The notes: generated by a model not told the origin, from the sequence alone. DNA of 64,000 bases from Pecten maximus (GCF_902652985.1 NC_047018.1:12834001-12898000), one strand, 5' to 3'. Shown: positions 13,159 to 25,611, numbered from the stretch's first letter. Translations and numbers: made by a program.

Positions 13159-13912
13159 CTATGTACAGTTTGAACAGGCTGTAACATTATATTTATATCT
13201 AAGGTCTAAATTTTGAAAAAGACGGTCCAAACATCTCTGCAATATCAGCACTATGATTCATACGATCCTTTTATTAATTTATTTACAATGGAATCATTTT
13301 GGGAATTCTCACCACTGACCTAATTCTATACATTCAGATCATCATGAGATTTCCACTCCTTCAAGCCCAGAGAAGATTCCTGACTGGTTAATTTAGATGA
13401 CACGTGAATCACCATGGTAATACTATACCCACTTTTTATTGAGTTCTGGCCTTTTAAAATGCCCATGAGAACTGTAGGTGTGCACAAGTTCTTCTGTTTA
13501 ATTCCATTAACCCAGCTCCACAATGACAGCTGTTGAGTTTCAAATGACAGTTAAGGCTTGGAGACAGTACACCATGGCAACATCTATCTGGCAATAATAG
13601 TCCAGTTGCTATCTGTAGAGATTTCTCTACTGTTGAAGACAAGCCTAAGGGTTTACCCTTGTGAAACAAACGTATTCATGTTCATTATATCTGTTTCAAA
13701 ATCTTTCAGAGTACATGTACTTTCCCCCAAATCCTAATCACTCCACACACTAAGGAACTTGTTCAATTCCTAATCACAAAAGAATCTCAAAAAGAACAGA
13801 TTTCTAATTTGGAGGCATATTTCATTACGTTTTGTAGCAGTAACAGATTAATGTACTTTAGTACGTAAAATCCTGTCCAACCTCTCTCAGTTTTTCTGTT
13901 TTATGTACAAAT

Positions 13913-14218
13913 TAACTTACCATGAATCTACGGTACCAGTCTTTTATATACAAACTTACCATGAATCTACGGTACCAGTCTTTTATATACAAACTTACCA
14001 TGAATCTACGGTACCAGTCTTTTATATACAAACTTACCATGAATCTATGGTACCAGTCTTTTATATACAAACTTACCATGAATCTACGGTACCAGTCTTT
14101 TATATACAAACTTACCATGAATCTATGGTACCAGTCTTTTATATACAAACTTACCATGAATCTACGGTACCAGTCTTTTATAATAAACTTACCATGAATC
14201 CACGGTACCAGTCTTTTA
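13913..14218. repeat. 39-bp minisatellite duplicating the exon 1 / intron donor junction, 8 copies including the real one
   Basis: Unit AAACTTACCATGAATCTACGGTACCAGTCTTTTATATAC. Confidence 0.95.
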
Positions 14219-14303
14219 TTTCTGCTTTTGAGAACTTTGTGTTGTTTACTAAAAACTCCAAATCCTCCTTTGGCAGTTTCTTGCTTGAAGATTTGTTTCC
14301 CAT
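14193..14303 (-). CDS. ncs-2: Neuronal calcium sensor 2-like, coding exon 1 (MGNKSSSKKLPKEDLEFLVNNTKFSKAEIKDWYRGFM)
   Basis: Manual translation from the ATG at 14303; this exon is missing from the ORF track. It has an MGxxxS myristoylation motif and an NCS-type N-terminus (KLxKEDLEFL...IKxWYRGF). The donor is ATG|GTAAGT at 14192. A pyrimidine-rich acceptor (ttcttttctaattttccag) ends at 14315, so the exon begins at 14314 with 11 nt of UTR. Confidence 0.93.
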
Positions 14304-14509
14304 TGTTCTTTATGCTGGAAAATTAGAAAAGAAGTAATGTGTTAAACATAAACAATTAAAAGACAAACAATAGTAATGATCAGGGACTGATCACAGATAT
14401 AATAAGTGTATAAAGGGATTCTCATACAAAGTCAGCAGAGTGAAGAGCAAGGACATTTTATTTATAGTAACAGTGACCTCTCTCTATGACCTCCATGACT
14501 CTTTGTGAG

Positions 14510-14810
14510 GGATAACAAGCCTGCATTGCTCAACTGGTATTCACTTCTTTGATTCTAGGCCTTTCAGTTAATCAGATATCTTTTGAGCATTTTAACAAAT
14601 ATGACCCCTGTGACCTTGAATATGTGTCATTTCTTTTTTGAAGTTTGCTGGAATTCATCCGAGGAACCCTATATAGCTAATAATGATTATAGGCTTTTAA
14701 TGAATCAGAAGCAGTAATTCAAGTGTTTAAACAAATTGGATTTCTTTGACCTTGAATATTGGTCAAGGTCATTTCTTTTTGTCAGACAACCTCCCAGGAA
14801 TCTTGGCCCT
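14510..14810 (+). mobile_element. Degenerate HINE-like internal monomers
   Basis: Two monomers about 140 bp apart with TGACCTTGAATAT..GTCAAGGTCATTTCTTTT motifs. Confidence 0.45.
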
Positions 14811-15217
14811 TTTGGCTAGGCTGGTTGTTAAGTTGAGATATATATTCATTCTACAATATAACTGGTTTGGTTGGAAAGAATTTTGGAACTTAAACTAAAG
14901 TTAAAATTGGACTTACACAAAGGTGTACAGCTAATAATCAGGATGACATTTATATGGTGGTCTCCAATCCCCCAATTATTACTTTTTATATATCAGAACT
15001 AAACAACAGTAATGTTGTAACAGTAAACAAAAATGATCATCTGAGACAGACAGGAAATAGATATCTGTACATTATGTAACCAATTGTTATTGTTTTACTG
15101 TCGGGGAAACAGACCAGAAAATAACATGCAATCAGACATGTACTCAATTTCTGAATCAAGCTGTGTACATATTTATAGGTCCCTGACCACCATCTGTATG
15201 CTGGGCCTCCTGTACAA

Positions 15218-15444
15218 GGGGCCACAGTGGCTGAGTGGTTAAAGTGTACCGACACTTTATCACTAGCCCTCTGCCTTTGGGTCAAGAGTTCGAAACCCAG
15301 GTGCGGCAGTTGCCTGAAATTGACCCTAGGGAGTTGGTTTTCCTCCAGGTATTCCGGCTTTCCTCCACCTCCAAAACCTGGTATGTCCTTATATAACCCT
15401 GGCTGTTACTACACACTGTAGGACATTAAACAAAACAAACAAAA
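15218..15444 (+). mobile_element. Full-length tRNA-derived V-domain SINE with target-site duplication
   Basis: A box TGGCTGAGTGG, B box GAGTTCGAAAC, V-core GGTTTTCCTCCAGGTATTCCGGCTTTCCTCCAC and an (AAAC)n tail. It is flanked by CCTCCTGTACAA (15206-15217) and CCTCATGTACAA (15445-15456). Confidence 0.85.
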
Positions 15445-15464
15445 CCTCATGTACAAACCAGTTA

Positions 15465-17537
15465 AGTGGGCTGTAGGTATGACAGGTCAGGTTACTAGAC
15501 CTCCTGTACATACAGACTTAGTGGTCTGTAGGTATGACAGGTCAGGTTACTAGACCTCCTGACAGGTCAGGTTACTAGACCTGTACATACAGACTTAGTG
15601 GGCTGTAGGTATGACAGGTCAGGTTACTAGACCTGTACATACAGACTTAGTGGGCTGTAGGTATGACAGGTCAGGTTACTAGACCTGTACATACAGACTT
15701 AGTGGGCTGTAGGTATGACAGGTCAGGTTACTAGACCTCCTATACATACAGACTGAGTGGGCTGTAGGTATGACAGGTCAGGTTATTAGACCTCCTATAC
15801 ATACAGACATAGTGGGCTGTAGGTATGACAGGTCAGGTTACTAGACCTCCTGTACATACAGACTTAGTGGGCTGTAGGTATGACAGGTCAGGTTACTAGA
15901 CCTCCTATACATACAGACTTAGTGGGCTGTAGGTATGACAGGTCAGGTTACTAGACCTCCTATACATACAGACTTAGTGGGCTGTAGGTATGACAGGTCA
16001 GGTTACTAGACCTCCTATACATACAGACTTAGTGGGCTGTAGGTATGACAGGTCAGGTTACTAGACCTCCTGTACATACAGACTTAGTGGGCTGTAGGTA
16101 TGACAGGTCAGGTTACTAGATACATACAGACTTAGTGGGCTGTAGGTATGACAGGTCAGGTTACTAGACCTCCTGTACATACAGACTTAGTGGGCTGTAG
16201 GTATGACAGGTCAGGTTACTAGACCTCCTGTACATACAGACTTAGTGGGCTGTAGGTATGACAGGTCAGGTTACTAGACCTGTACATACAGACTTAGTGG
16301 GCTGTAGGTATGACAGGTCAGGTTACTAGACCTGTACATACAGACTTTAGTGGGCTGTAGGTATGACAGGTCAGTTACTAGACCTGTACAATACAGACTA
16401 AGTGGCTGTAGGTATGACAGGTCAGGTTACTAGACCGCCTATACAATACAGACTTAGTGGGCTGTAGGTATGACAGGTCAGGTTACTAGACCTGTACATA
16501 CAGACTTAGTGGGCTGTAGGTATGACAGGTCAGGTTACTAGACCTCCTGTACATACAGACTTAGTGGGCTGTAGGTATGACAGGTCAGGTTACTAGACCT
16601 GTACATACAGACTTAGTGGGCTGTAGGTATGACAGGTCAGGTTACTAGACCTGTACATACAGACTTAGTGGGCTGTAGGTATGACAGGTCAGGTTACTAG
16701 ACCTGTACATACAGACATAGTGGGCTGTAGGTATGACAGGTCAGGTTACTAGGCCTCCTGTACATACAGACTTAGTGGGCTGTAGGTATGACAGGTCAGG
16801 TTACTAGACCTGTACATACAGACTAAGTGGGCTGTAGGTATGACAGGTCAGGTTACTAGACCTCCTGTACATACAGACTTAGTGGGCTGTAGGTATGACA
16901 GGTCAGGTTACTAGACCACCTGTACATACAGACTTAGTGGGCTGTAGGTATGACAGGTCAGGTTATTAGACCTCCTGTACATACAGACTTAGTGGGCTGT
17001 AGGTATGACAGGTCAGGTTACTAGACGACCTGTACATACAGACTTAGTGGGCTGTAGGTATGACAGGTCAGGTTACTAGACCTGTACATACAGACTTAGT
17101 GGGCTGTAGGTATGACAGGTCAGGTTACTAGACCTCCTGTACATACAGACTTAGTGGGCTGTAGGTATGACAGGTCAGGTTACTAGACCTCCTATACATA
17201 CAGACTTAGTGGGCTGTAGGTATGACAGGTCAGGTTACTAGACGACCTGTACATACAGACTGAGTGGGCTGTAGGTATGACAGGTCAGGTTACTAGACCT
17301 CCTATACATACAGACTTAGTGGGCTGTAGGTATGACAGGTCAGGTTACTAGACCTCCTGTACATACAGACTTAGTGGGCTGTAGGTATGACAGGTCAGGT
17401 TACTAGACCTGTACATACAGACTTAGTGGGCTGTAGGTATGACAGGTCAGGTTACTAGACCTCCTGTACATACAGACTTAGTGGGCTGTAGGTATGACAG
17501 GTCAGGTTACTAGACCTCCTGTACATACAGACTTAGT
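15465..17537. repeat. Minisatellite, 52/55-bp unit, ~38 copies
   Basis: Unit GTGGGCTGTAGGTATGACAGGTCAGGTTACTAGACC(TCC)TGTACATACAGACTTA. Confidence 0.95.
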
Positions 17538-17649
17538 GTGCAATAGCTCTTTTTCCAACAACACAATTTTACTGTGTGAAATGACACAGCTCTCCTCTCA
17601 ACAACACAGTTTTATTGCTACAAGGACCAAAGAGACACCAGTTGAAATT

Positions 17650-18270
17650 GAGACTGAGAAGACACCTGAGAAAACTGGGACTGAGTAGATACTTTTGAAG
17701 ACTGGGATGGAGGGACAACTGTGAAGACTTGGGCTGAGAAGACACCTGTGAGGACTGGGACAGAGAAGACACCTGTGAGGACTGATGGAGAAGACACCTG
17801 TGAGGACTGATGGAGAAGACACCTGTGAGGACTGTGATGGAGAAGACACCTGTGAGAACTTGGACTGAGAAGACACTTGTGAGGACTGTGATGGAGAAGG
17901 CACCTGTGAGGACTTGGACTGAGAAGACACTTGTGAGGACTGTGATGGAGAAGACACCTGTGAGAACTTGGACTTAGAAGACATCTGTGAAGACTGGGGC
18001 TGAGAAGACACCTGTGAGGACTGTGATGGAGAAGACACCTGTGAGAACTTGGACTTAGAAGACACCTGTGAGGACTGGGACTGAGAAGACACCTGTGAGG
18101 ACTAGGACTGAAAAGACACCTGTGAGGACTGGGACTGAGAAGACATCTGTGAGGACTGGGACTGAGAAGACACCTGTGAGGACTGGGACTTAGAAGACAC
18201 CTGTGAGTACTAGGACTGAGAAGACATCTGTGAGGACAGGGACTGAGAAGACACAGGTGAGGACTGGGAT
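17650..18270. repeat. Minisatellite, ~27-bp unit
   Basis: Unit GAGAAGACACCTGTGAGGACTGGGACT and variants. Confidence 0.9.
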
Positions 18271-18734
18271 CAAGGAGACACCCAAAAACATCTACAAAGA
18301 CTTGGATCCAGGAAAAGTGTCTCCAGGTTTTCTTCCTATCATCTGTCCAGTTTCCTGATCAGCATTTCCATAGTCTCAATTAGAATAAATCATACCAACT
18401 TATTTGAGTATAATCAGTTAATCATCGTTTCAGTGCTGTTAATTAGTATTGGGAAATGGACTGAGCTATGCAAGGATCAATTGTAAAGTCTCATCATTAC
18501 TTCATACAAACCCAATATCCCACGGCCCTGTAGTAACCCCCTGTGTAAAGCAGACACCATCAGACCACCAAGCAGCCTTGAATACGATAATCGACTTAAC
18601 TTGTTGTCCTTTTGTAAGAGTAAAGACACAGAATCCATCATAAACACCTGTACCAGTATTGGTCTTGTAATATTCTACCTGGCAACAACCTATACCAATT
18701 ATTACCAGTAAACTACCACACCTCTACATATTAT

Positions 18735-19350
18735 TACCTACACATATATACTCATGCCTCACCTGTACACATCCTTACCTACACACATATACTCATGCCT
18801 CACCTGTACACATCCTTACCTACACATATATACTCATGCCTCACCTGTACACATCCTTACCTACACACAAATAGTCTTGCCTCACCTACACACATTCCTA
18901 CCTGCATACAAATATTCCTGTCTCACCTGTACACATTCTTACCTACACACAAATAGTCTTGCCTCACCTACACACATTCTTACCTGCATACAAATATTCC
19001 TGTCTCACCTGTACACATTCTTACCTGCACACAAATATTCCTGTATCACCTGTACACATTCTTACCTGCACACAAATATTCCTGTCTCACCTGTACACAT
19101 CCTTACCTACACACAAATATTCCTGTCTCACCTGTACACATTCTTACCTGCACACAAATATTCCTGTCTCACCTGTACACATTCTTACCTGCACACAAAT
19201 ATTCCTGTCTCACCTGTACACATCCTTACCTACACACAAATAGTCTTGCCTCACCTACACACATTCTTACCTGCATACAAATATTCCTGTCTCACCTGTA
19301 CACATTCTTACCTGCACACAAATATTCCTGCCTCACCTGCACACATTCTT
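18735..19350. repeat. Minisatellite, 41-42-bp unit, ~15 copies
   Basis: Unit CCTGTCTCACCTGTACACATTCTTACCTGCACACAAATATT. Confidence 0.93.
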
Positions 19351-20142
19351 ATAAGTTCTAACCAACATAAAACAAAAATTCTGTAAAAAACTATTTCTTC
19401 ACACACCTGTAAACCAAATCTTGACATTTATATAAATCCTTCTTTCTCTTACCTGTAAGCAGTGTATCGGATAATATACTAATTATGCTTGTTTCCCTCT
19501 CTGTTTGAACTAGAAATGGTGTTTTGTACCTGTCATCAACACATCAATCATTTATACAGCATGTGTATCAGGTACAGCAAACCTATATCTTTATTATCTA
19601 TACTGTCATTAGTTCTCATACACCTTAATTACTCCGGTATATAATTGATTTTTAACACTGTAAACACACAGTGACACTGTAGTGTGCCAGACTACTACAG
19701 ACATTAACAACAACGGTCAGATATGTACGATACATTCAGATGAGTGACAGAAATATCTAGCTGGACCTGGTACAGATCTAAAATACTATGTAGAAACATG
19801 TGTTTGGCCCTGACAAATATGTTCTGGAGTACAGTACCTTGTGTCTGGAGAATGATCAGTAATAATCCTAGAAATCACACAGAAAGCACAGGCTGATTGA
19901 TGCACACAACTGATACATATACAGACAGCTCGCTTTAAATTCCAGGGAGTATAAGTGTAGAGCAATGTTCCTCTGCTGTGTGCTGCCTACAGCTCCAGTA
20001 CTGAGATACTGTCAATGTGTGCGGCTTATCACTTTACCTGGCTTGTCAACCATTCATGACAAGACAGCTGCTCACCAAACCCTAACACTAGCTACACCTT
20101 AGGAGTCAGGGTAGTCCATCTCAAGGTATCACCAAAGTTAGG

Positions 20143-20712
20143 TGTCCCAGACAGTTGTTACTAGTGTTCTGTCTGTCTAGACAGTTGTTACTAGTGTTCT
20201 GTCTGTTTAGACAGTTGTTACTAGTGTTCTGTCTGTCTAGACAGTTGTTACTAGTGTTCTGTCTGTCCAGACAGTTGTTACTAGTGTTCTGTCTGTCCAG
20301 ACAGTTGTTACTAGTGTTCTGTCTGTCCCAGACAGTTTTTACTAGTGTTCTGTCTGTCCATACAGTTGTTACTAGTGTTCTGTCTGTCTAGACAGTTGTT
20401 ACTAGTGTTCTATCTGTCCAGACAGTTGTTACTAGTGTTGTCTGTCCAGACACTTGTTACTAGTGTTCTGTCTGTCCCAGAGAGTTGTTACTAGTGTTCT
20501 GTCTGTCCAGAGAGTTGTTACTAGTGTTCTATCTGTCCAGACAGTTGTTACTAGTGTTCTGTCTGTCTAGACAGTTGTTACTAGTGTTCTGTCTGTCCAG
20601 ACACTTGTTACTAGTGTTCTGTCTGTCCCAGAGAGTTGTTACTAGTGTTCTGTCTGTCCAGACATTTGTTTCTAGTGTTCTGTCTGTCCAGACATTTGTT
20701 TCTAGTGTTCTG
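20143..20712. repeat. Minisatellite, 30-bp unit, ~19 copies
   Basis: Unit AGACAGTTGTTACTAGTGTTCTGTCTGTCC. Confidence 0.93.
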
Positions 20713-21070
20713 ACCTAAGTAACTAGGGTTGTCTGTCCCAGACCTAAGTAACTAGGGTTGTCTGTCCCAGACCTAAGTAACTAGGGTTGTCTGTCCCAGA
20801 CCTAAGTAACTAGGGTTGTCTGTCCCAGACCTAAGTAACTAGGGCTGTCTGTCCCAGACCTAAGTAACTAGGGCTGTCTGTCCCAGACCTAAGTAACTAG
20901 GGTTGTCTGTCCCAGACCTAAGTAACTAGGGTTGTCTGTCCCAGACCTAAGTAACTAGGGTTGTCTGTCCCAGACCTAAGTAACTAGGGTTGTCTGTCCC
21001 AGACCTAAGTAACTAGGGTTGTCTGTCCCAGACCTAAGTAACTAGGGTTGTCTGTCCCAGACCTAAGTAA
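20713..21070. repeat. Minisatellite, 29-bp unit, ~12 copies
   Basis: Unit GACCTAAGTAACTAGGGTTGTCTGTCCCA. Confidence 0.93.
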
Positions 21071-21594
21071 CACAGTATTGTGTCTTTAAGGTGTCCCAAA
21101 TTAAAGATTTTCATAACAGCTGTTGGGAGCACACAAATTGTCATCATATAAAAACTTCAAATAACTTATCAAATAAATTTTTTTTTTTAGAATACTTGAT
21201 CTCCAACATAATAAGACTGCCTACCTAACTTGACTTTATCACTGTTTGCGTGACACTTGTAGAAATATCTAAGATATCTACGGTTTTAATAGATTTCTCT
21301 ATATATTCCACTGACAAGCTAACAATGCTGATGCTACCAAGAGCATAGAGCTTTGAATGGCAGCAGTTGTCCGACTCTAATTGACCTAGAAAGCATGATA
21401 TATAACACAGACTTTCTACGATTCAAACACTACCACAAATAGATAAAATAAAAATACTAAGCGTAATTGTGTATTGATATAAATACAGGGAGCTGACATC
21501 TCCATTGAGAATTATGTCATTATCTGTAATGTATACCTATCTATGTTATACCTAGCTACTCATCAGTCATACTCCACAGTCAGCAGGCTCACAT

Positions 21595-22980
21595 AAAGTA
21601 GGGTGAGCTTACTCAAGTTAGTATTGGAGTACACTAAACTCACACACAAGTAGAGTGAGCTTACTCAAGTTAGCATTGGAGTACACTAAACTCAAACACA
21701 AGTAGAGTGAGCTTACTCAAGTTAGTATTGGAGTACACTAAACTCACACGCAAGTAGACTGAGCTTACACAAGTCATTATTGGAGTACACTAAACTCACA
21801 CAAAAGTAGAGTGATATTGATCAAGTTAGTATTGGAGTACACTAAACTCAAACACAAGTAGAGTGAGCTTACTCAAGTCAGTATTGGAGTACACTAAACT
21901 CACACACAAGTAGAGTGAGCTTACTCAAGTTAGTATTGGAGTACACTAAACTCAAACACAAGTAGAGTGAGCTTACTCAAGTTAGTATTGGAGTACACTA
22001 AACTCACACACAAGTAGAGTGAGCTTACACAAGTCATTATTGGAGTACACTAAACTCACACACAAGTAGGGTGAGCTTACTTAAGTTAGTATTGGAGTAC
22101 ATTAAACTCACACACAAGTAGAGTGAGCTTACTCAAGTTAGTATTGGAGTACACTAAACACACACAAGTAGAGTGAGCTTACTCAAGTTTGTATTGGAGT
22201 ACACTAAACTCACACACAAGTAGAGTGAGCTTACACAAGTCATTATTGGAGTACACTTAACTCACACAAAAGTAGAGTGATATTGATCAAGTTAGTATTG
22301 GAGTACACTTAACTCACACACAAGTAGAGTGAGCTTACACAAGTCATTATTGGAGTACACTAAACTCACACACAAGTAGAGTGAGCTTACTCAAGTCAGT
22401 ATTGGAGTACACTAAACTCACACACAAGTAGAGTGAGCTTACACAAGTCATTATTGGAGTACACTAAACTCACACACAAGTAGAGTGATATTGATCAAGT
22501 TAGTATTGGAGTACACTAAACTCACACACAAGTAGAGTGAGCTTACACAAGTCATTATTGGAGTACACTAAACTCACACACAAGTAGAGTGAGCTTACTC
22601 AAGTCAGTATCGGAGTACACTAAACTCACACACAAGTAGAGTGAGCTTACTCAAGTTAGTATTGGAGTACACTAAACTCACACACAAGTAGAGTGAGCTT
22701 ACTCAAGTCATTATTGGAGTACACTAAACTCACACACAAGTAGAGTGAGCTTACTCAAGTCAGTATTGGAGTACGCTAAACTCACACACAAGTAGAGTGA
22801 GCTTACACAAGTCATTATTGGAGTACACTAAACTCACACACAAGTAGAGTGAGCTTACACAAGTCATTTTTGGAGTACACTAAACTCACACACAAGTAGA
22901 GTGAACTTACTCAAGTCAGTATTGGAGTACACTAAACTCACACACAAGTAGAGTGAGCTTACTCAAGTCAGTATTGGAAT
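21595..22980. repeat. Minisatellite, 52-bp unit, ~26 copies
   Basis: Unit GAGTGAGCTTACTCAAGTTAGTATTGGAGTACACTAAACTCACACACAAGTA. Confidence 0.95.
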
Positions 22981-24661
22981 ACAAAAGGCTCGATAACTAT
23001 TGGAATAAAGTGGAGTTCATATGAAATAATACTGACAAAAAGTGAGGTTCACAAAAATACAACGGCAATGAAGCAGAGCTCTGGCTCACACAAAACATAG
23101 TGGAATGGCTCACAATAAATAATATTAAGACTGACAAGTGGTCTTGAAGTATATGGGGGCTCACATAAGATAAATCCTAGAGTGGGACTCACACAAAATA
23201 ATATTGAAGCAGTATCCCCATAATGTAAGTGGCCCCATAACATTGCAGATAGATTGGGAACACCTAAATTACACAAAAGTTCAGGGGGCTCACATGAAAT
23301 AAGCTGTAGTGTAGAATCAATGAGCTTGTGTATGATGCAATGTTGAATCAATGAGTCCCTAGCTGTAGTATAGAAGCTGTAAAGATGGTGTATACTATAT
23401 CCAGAAAACTCAAATTCACGAAAGCTGCCTCAATCTATTGATCCTGAAAAAGCATAGCAGAAACGTCATCTAAAAAACATTTTATGGACCATTGCAGGAA
23501 ACTGAATGTTGCTTCAGGCACTGTTGTGTCTCTATAACTAGGAAGACAAATTTAGGTATAAACTAAATTCAGAAATCTAAATTTCTATTCAGTTTTTCCT
23601 TTCAATTGAATAAATCTTATTGAAAACCAAATATATGCAAATTGGAAGTTAACTGTAATTTGCATTTCTTTGAATTTCCATCTTTAAATGTGAAGTCTAT
23701 ACCTCAACAAGATCACATACATATTGCCTCCATCAGTGCAGGAAACTCATACAGCCAAGGGAATGTCAAAGAAACTTATACAGTGTAGGAAGCTTGAAAT
23801 CAGAAAAGCTTGTTTCTAATGACTTGACATATCTTGTAGCTATACAAAGGAAGTGTACAAGGTAAAAAACAGCCCAAGTTCTTTTCTGCAGTGGTACACT
23901 TGACCTTGAAATAATGATTGTGACCTTACCATTTTAGACCTTTTAGTAGATAAATAAACTGGTCTTCAGAACCAATTTATTCCATGAAAAAAATATATGA
24001 ATCAAGTATATATACGACATTGACCTATTAACCTTCCATCCTGCTGTTCCATACCTGTACAAAAGCTATCTATTGGATGAACAGCTCCAGGTAAAGAGAA
24101 AATCACATTTACTGCATGAAACACATTGAATCTCCTGTTTTAGCAGAGGTGACCCTGACCTTTGATATATTGAATTCCAAAACAACTTGTTCATTGGGAG
24201 TTACTAAATAATGCTTGTGTACCCTAGGCAACCCCATTCACTTTGTATGGCACAAAAACCAAAAATCAATTGTACATGGCATATCGTATAGCAATCCCAT
24301 ACATGACGATTCATTGCTCAGTATCCAGGGCGACCAACTTTGTTTTAACTTGATGAATAATGGCACAAATTACTTCCCATTCTGAGATAACAGTGGAAAA
24401 TAAACCTGTTTTGGAAAACTGTAAAAAAAAACATCCTTCATTGATTTGGAGATCTCCAACTGAAAAACACAATGGGAAAAATGGTAGTGTTGAATCTATC
24501 ATTTTGAGTTTCTCAATCACAATACACATTATCATGTTGGGATAACCTATGACCTTTTAACACACTCACGCTGCTGTCTGGGGAATTTGGTGTAACTTTG
24601 CTGTGGATACCACTGACATGAGGCATCACAAGGAACTTCACATGATGATTTCCAAACTTAA

Positions 24662-25287
24662 TAACAACTCTCTCCAGAGATACCTGAAGTAGCTAGCCGT
24701 TAACAATCTTTACTCTCTCCAGAGATACCTGAAGTAGCTAGCCGTTAACAATCTTTACTCTCTCCAGAGATACCTGAAGTAGCTAGCCGTTAACAATCTT
24801 TACTCTCTCCAGAGATACCTGAAGTAGCTAGCCGTTAACAATCTTTACTCACTCCAGAGATACCTGAAGTAGCTAGCCGTTAACAATCTTTACTCTCTCC
24901 AGAGATACCTGAAGTAGCTAGCCGTTAACAACTCTCTCTAGAGATACCTGAAGTAGCTAGCCGTTAACAATCTTTACTCTCTCCAGAGATACCTGAAGTA
25001 GCTAGCCGTTAACAACCCTCTCTAGAGATACCTGAAGTAGCTAGCCGTTAACAATCTTTACTCTCTCCAGAGATACCTGAAGTAGCTAGCCGTTAACAAC
25101 CCTCTCTAGAGATACCTGAAGTAGCTAGCCGTTAACAATCTTTACTCTCTCCAGAGATACATTATTGTACCTGAAGTAGCTAGCCGTTAACAATCTTTAC
25201 TCTCTCCAGAGATACCTGAAGTAGCTAGCCGTTAACAATCTTTACTCTCTCCAGAGATACCTGAAGTAGCTAGCCGTTAACAATCTT
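24662..25287. repeat. Minisatellite, 45-bp unit with shorter variants, ~14 copies
   Basis: Unit CTCTCCAGAGATACCTGAAGTAGCTAGCCGTTAACAATCTTTACT. Confidence 0.93.
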
Positions 25288-25611
25288 TTATGCTATACAA
25301 TGAATGCTTGCAAATGAATTTCAAAGATTTCTTGAGTTTGTTGCAAATCTCCAAGCAGTTTTTTTACTGAACTAATTTGTTAACAGATCTGAGAAGGAAT
25401 TTTTGGTTAATGCCTTTAAATGGAAGCTTTCCACCTTTCCTTTTAAACTTTGTAATCTAAGACATTCACAATACATTGATTTTCCTTGTCTTATAACCTT
25501 TTACTTCTACAAAGTTTCAGGTGACCTAAAAAAGCAATGGAGAGCAACACACTTCACTGTTTGCTTGTAATTTTACAACTTTGCATAAGTGACTGTTATA
25601 TCACAATAACA

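Noticed and set aside
15218-15300. tRNA gene
   Set aside because: A and B boxes are present, but the sequence continues into a V-domain, a simple-repeat tail and a target-site duplication, so it is a SINE head.
23890-24240. Additional HINE-like fragments (TGACCTTGA motifs; also about 32050-32120 and the GACA/GATG tract at 51580-51620)
   Set aside because: Too degenerate to assign boundaries or a family without a search.
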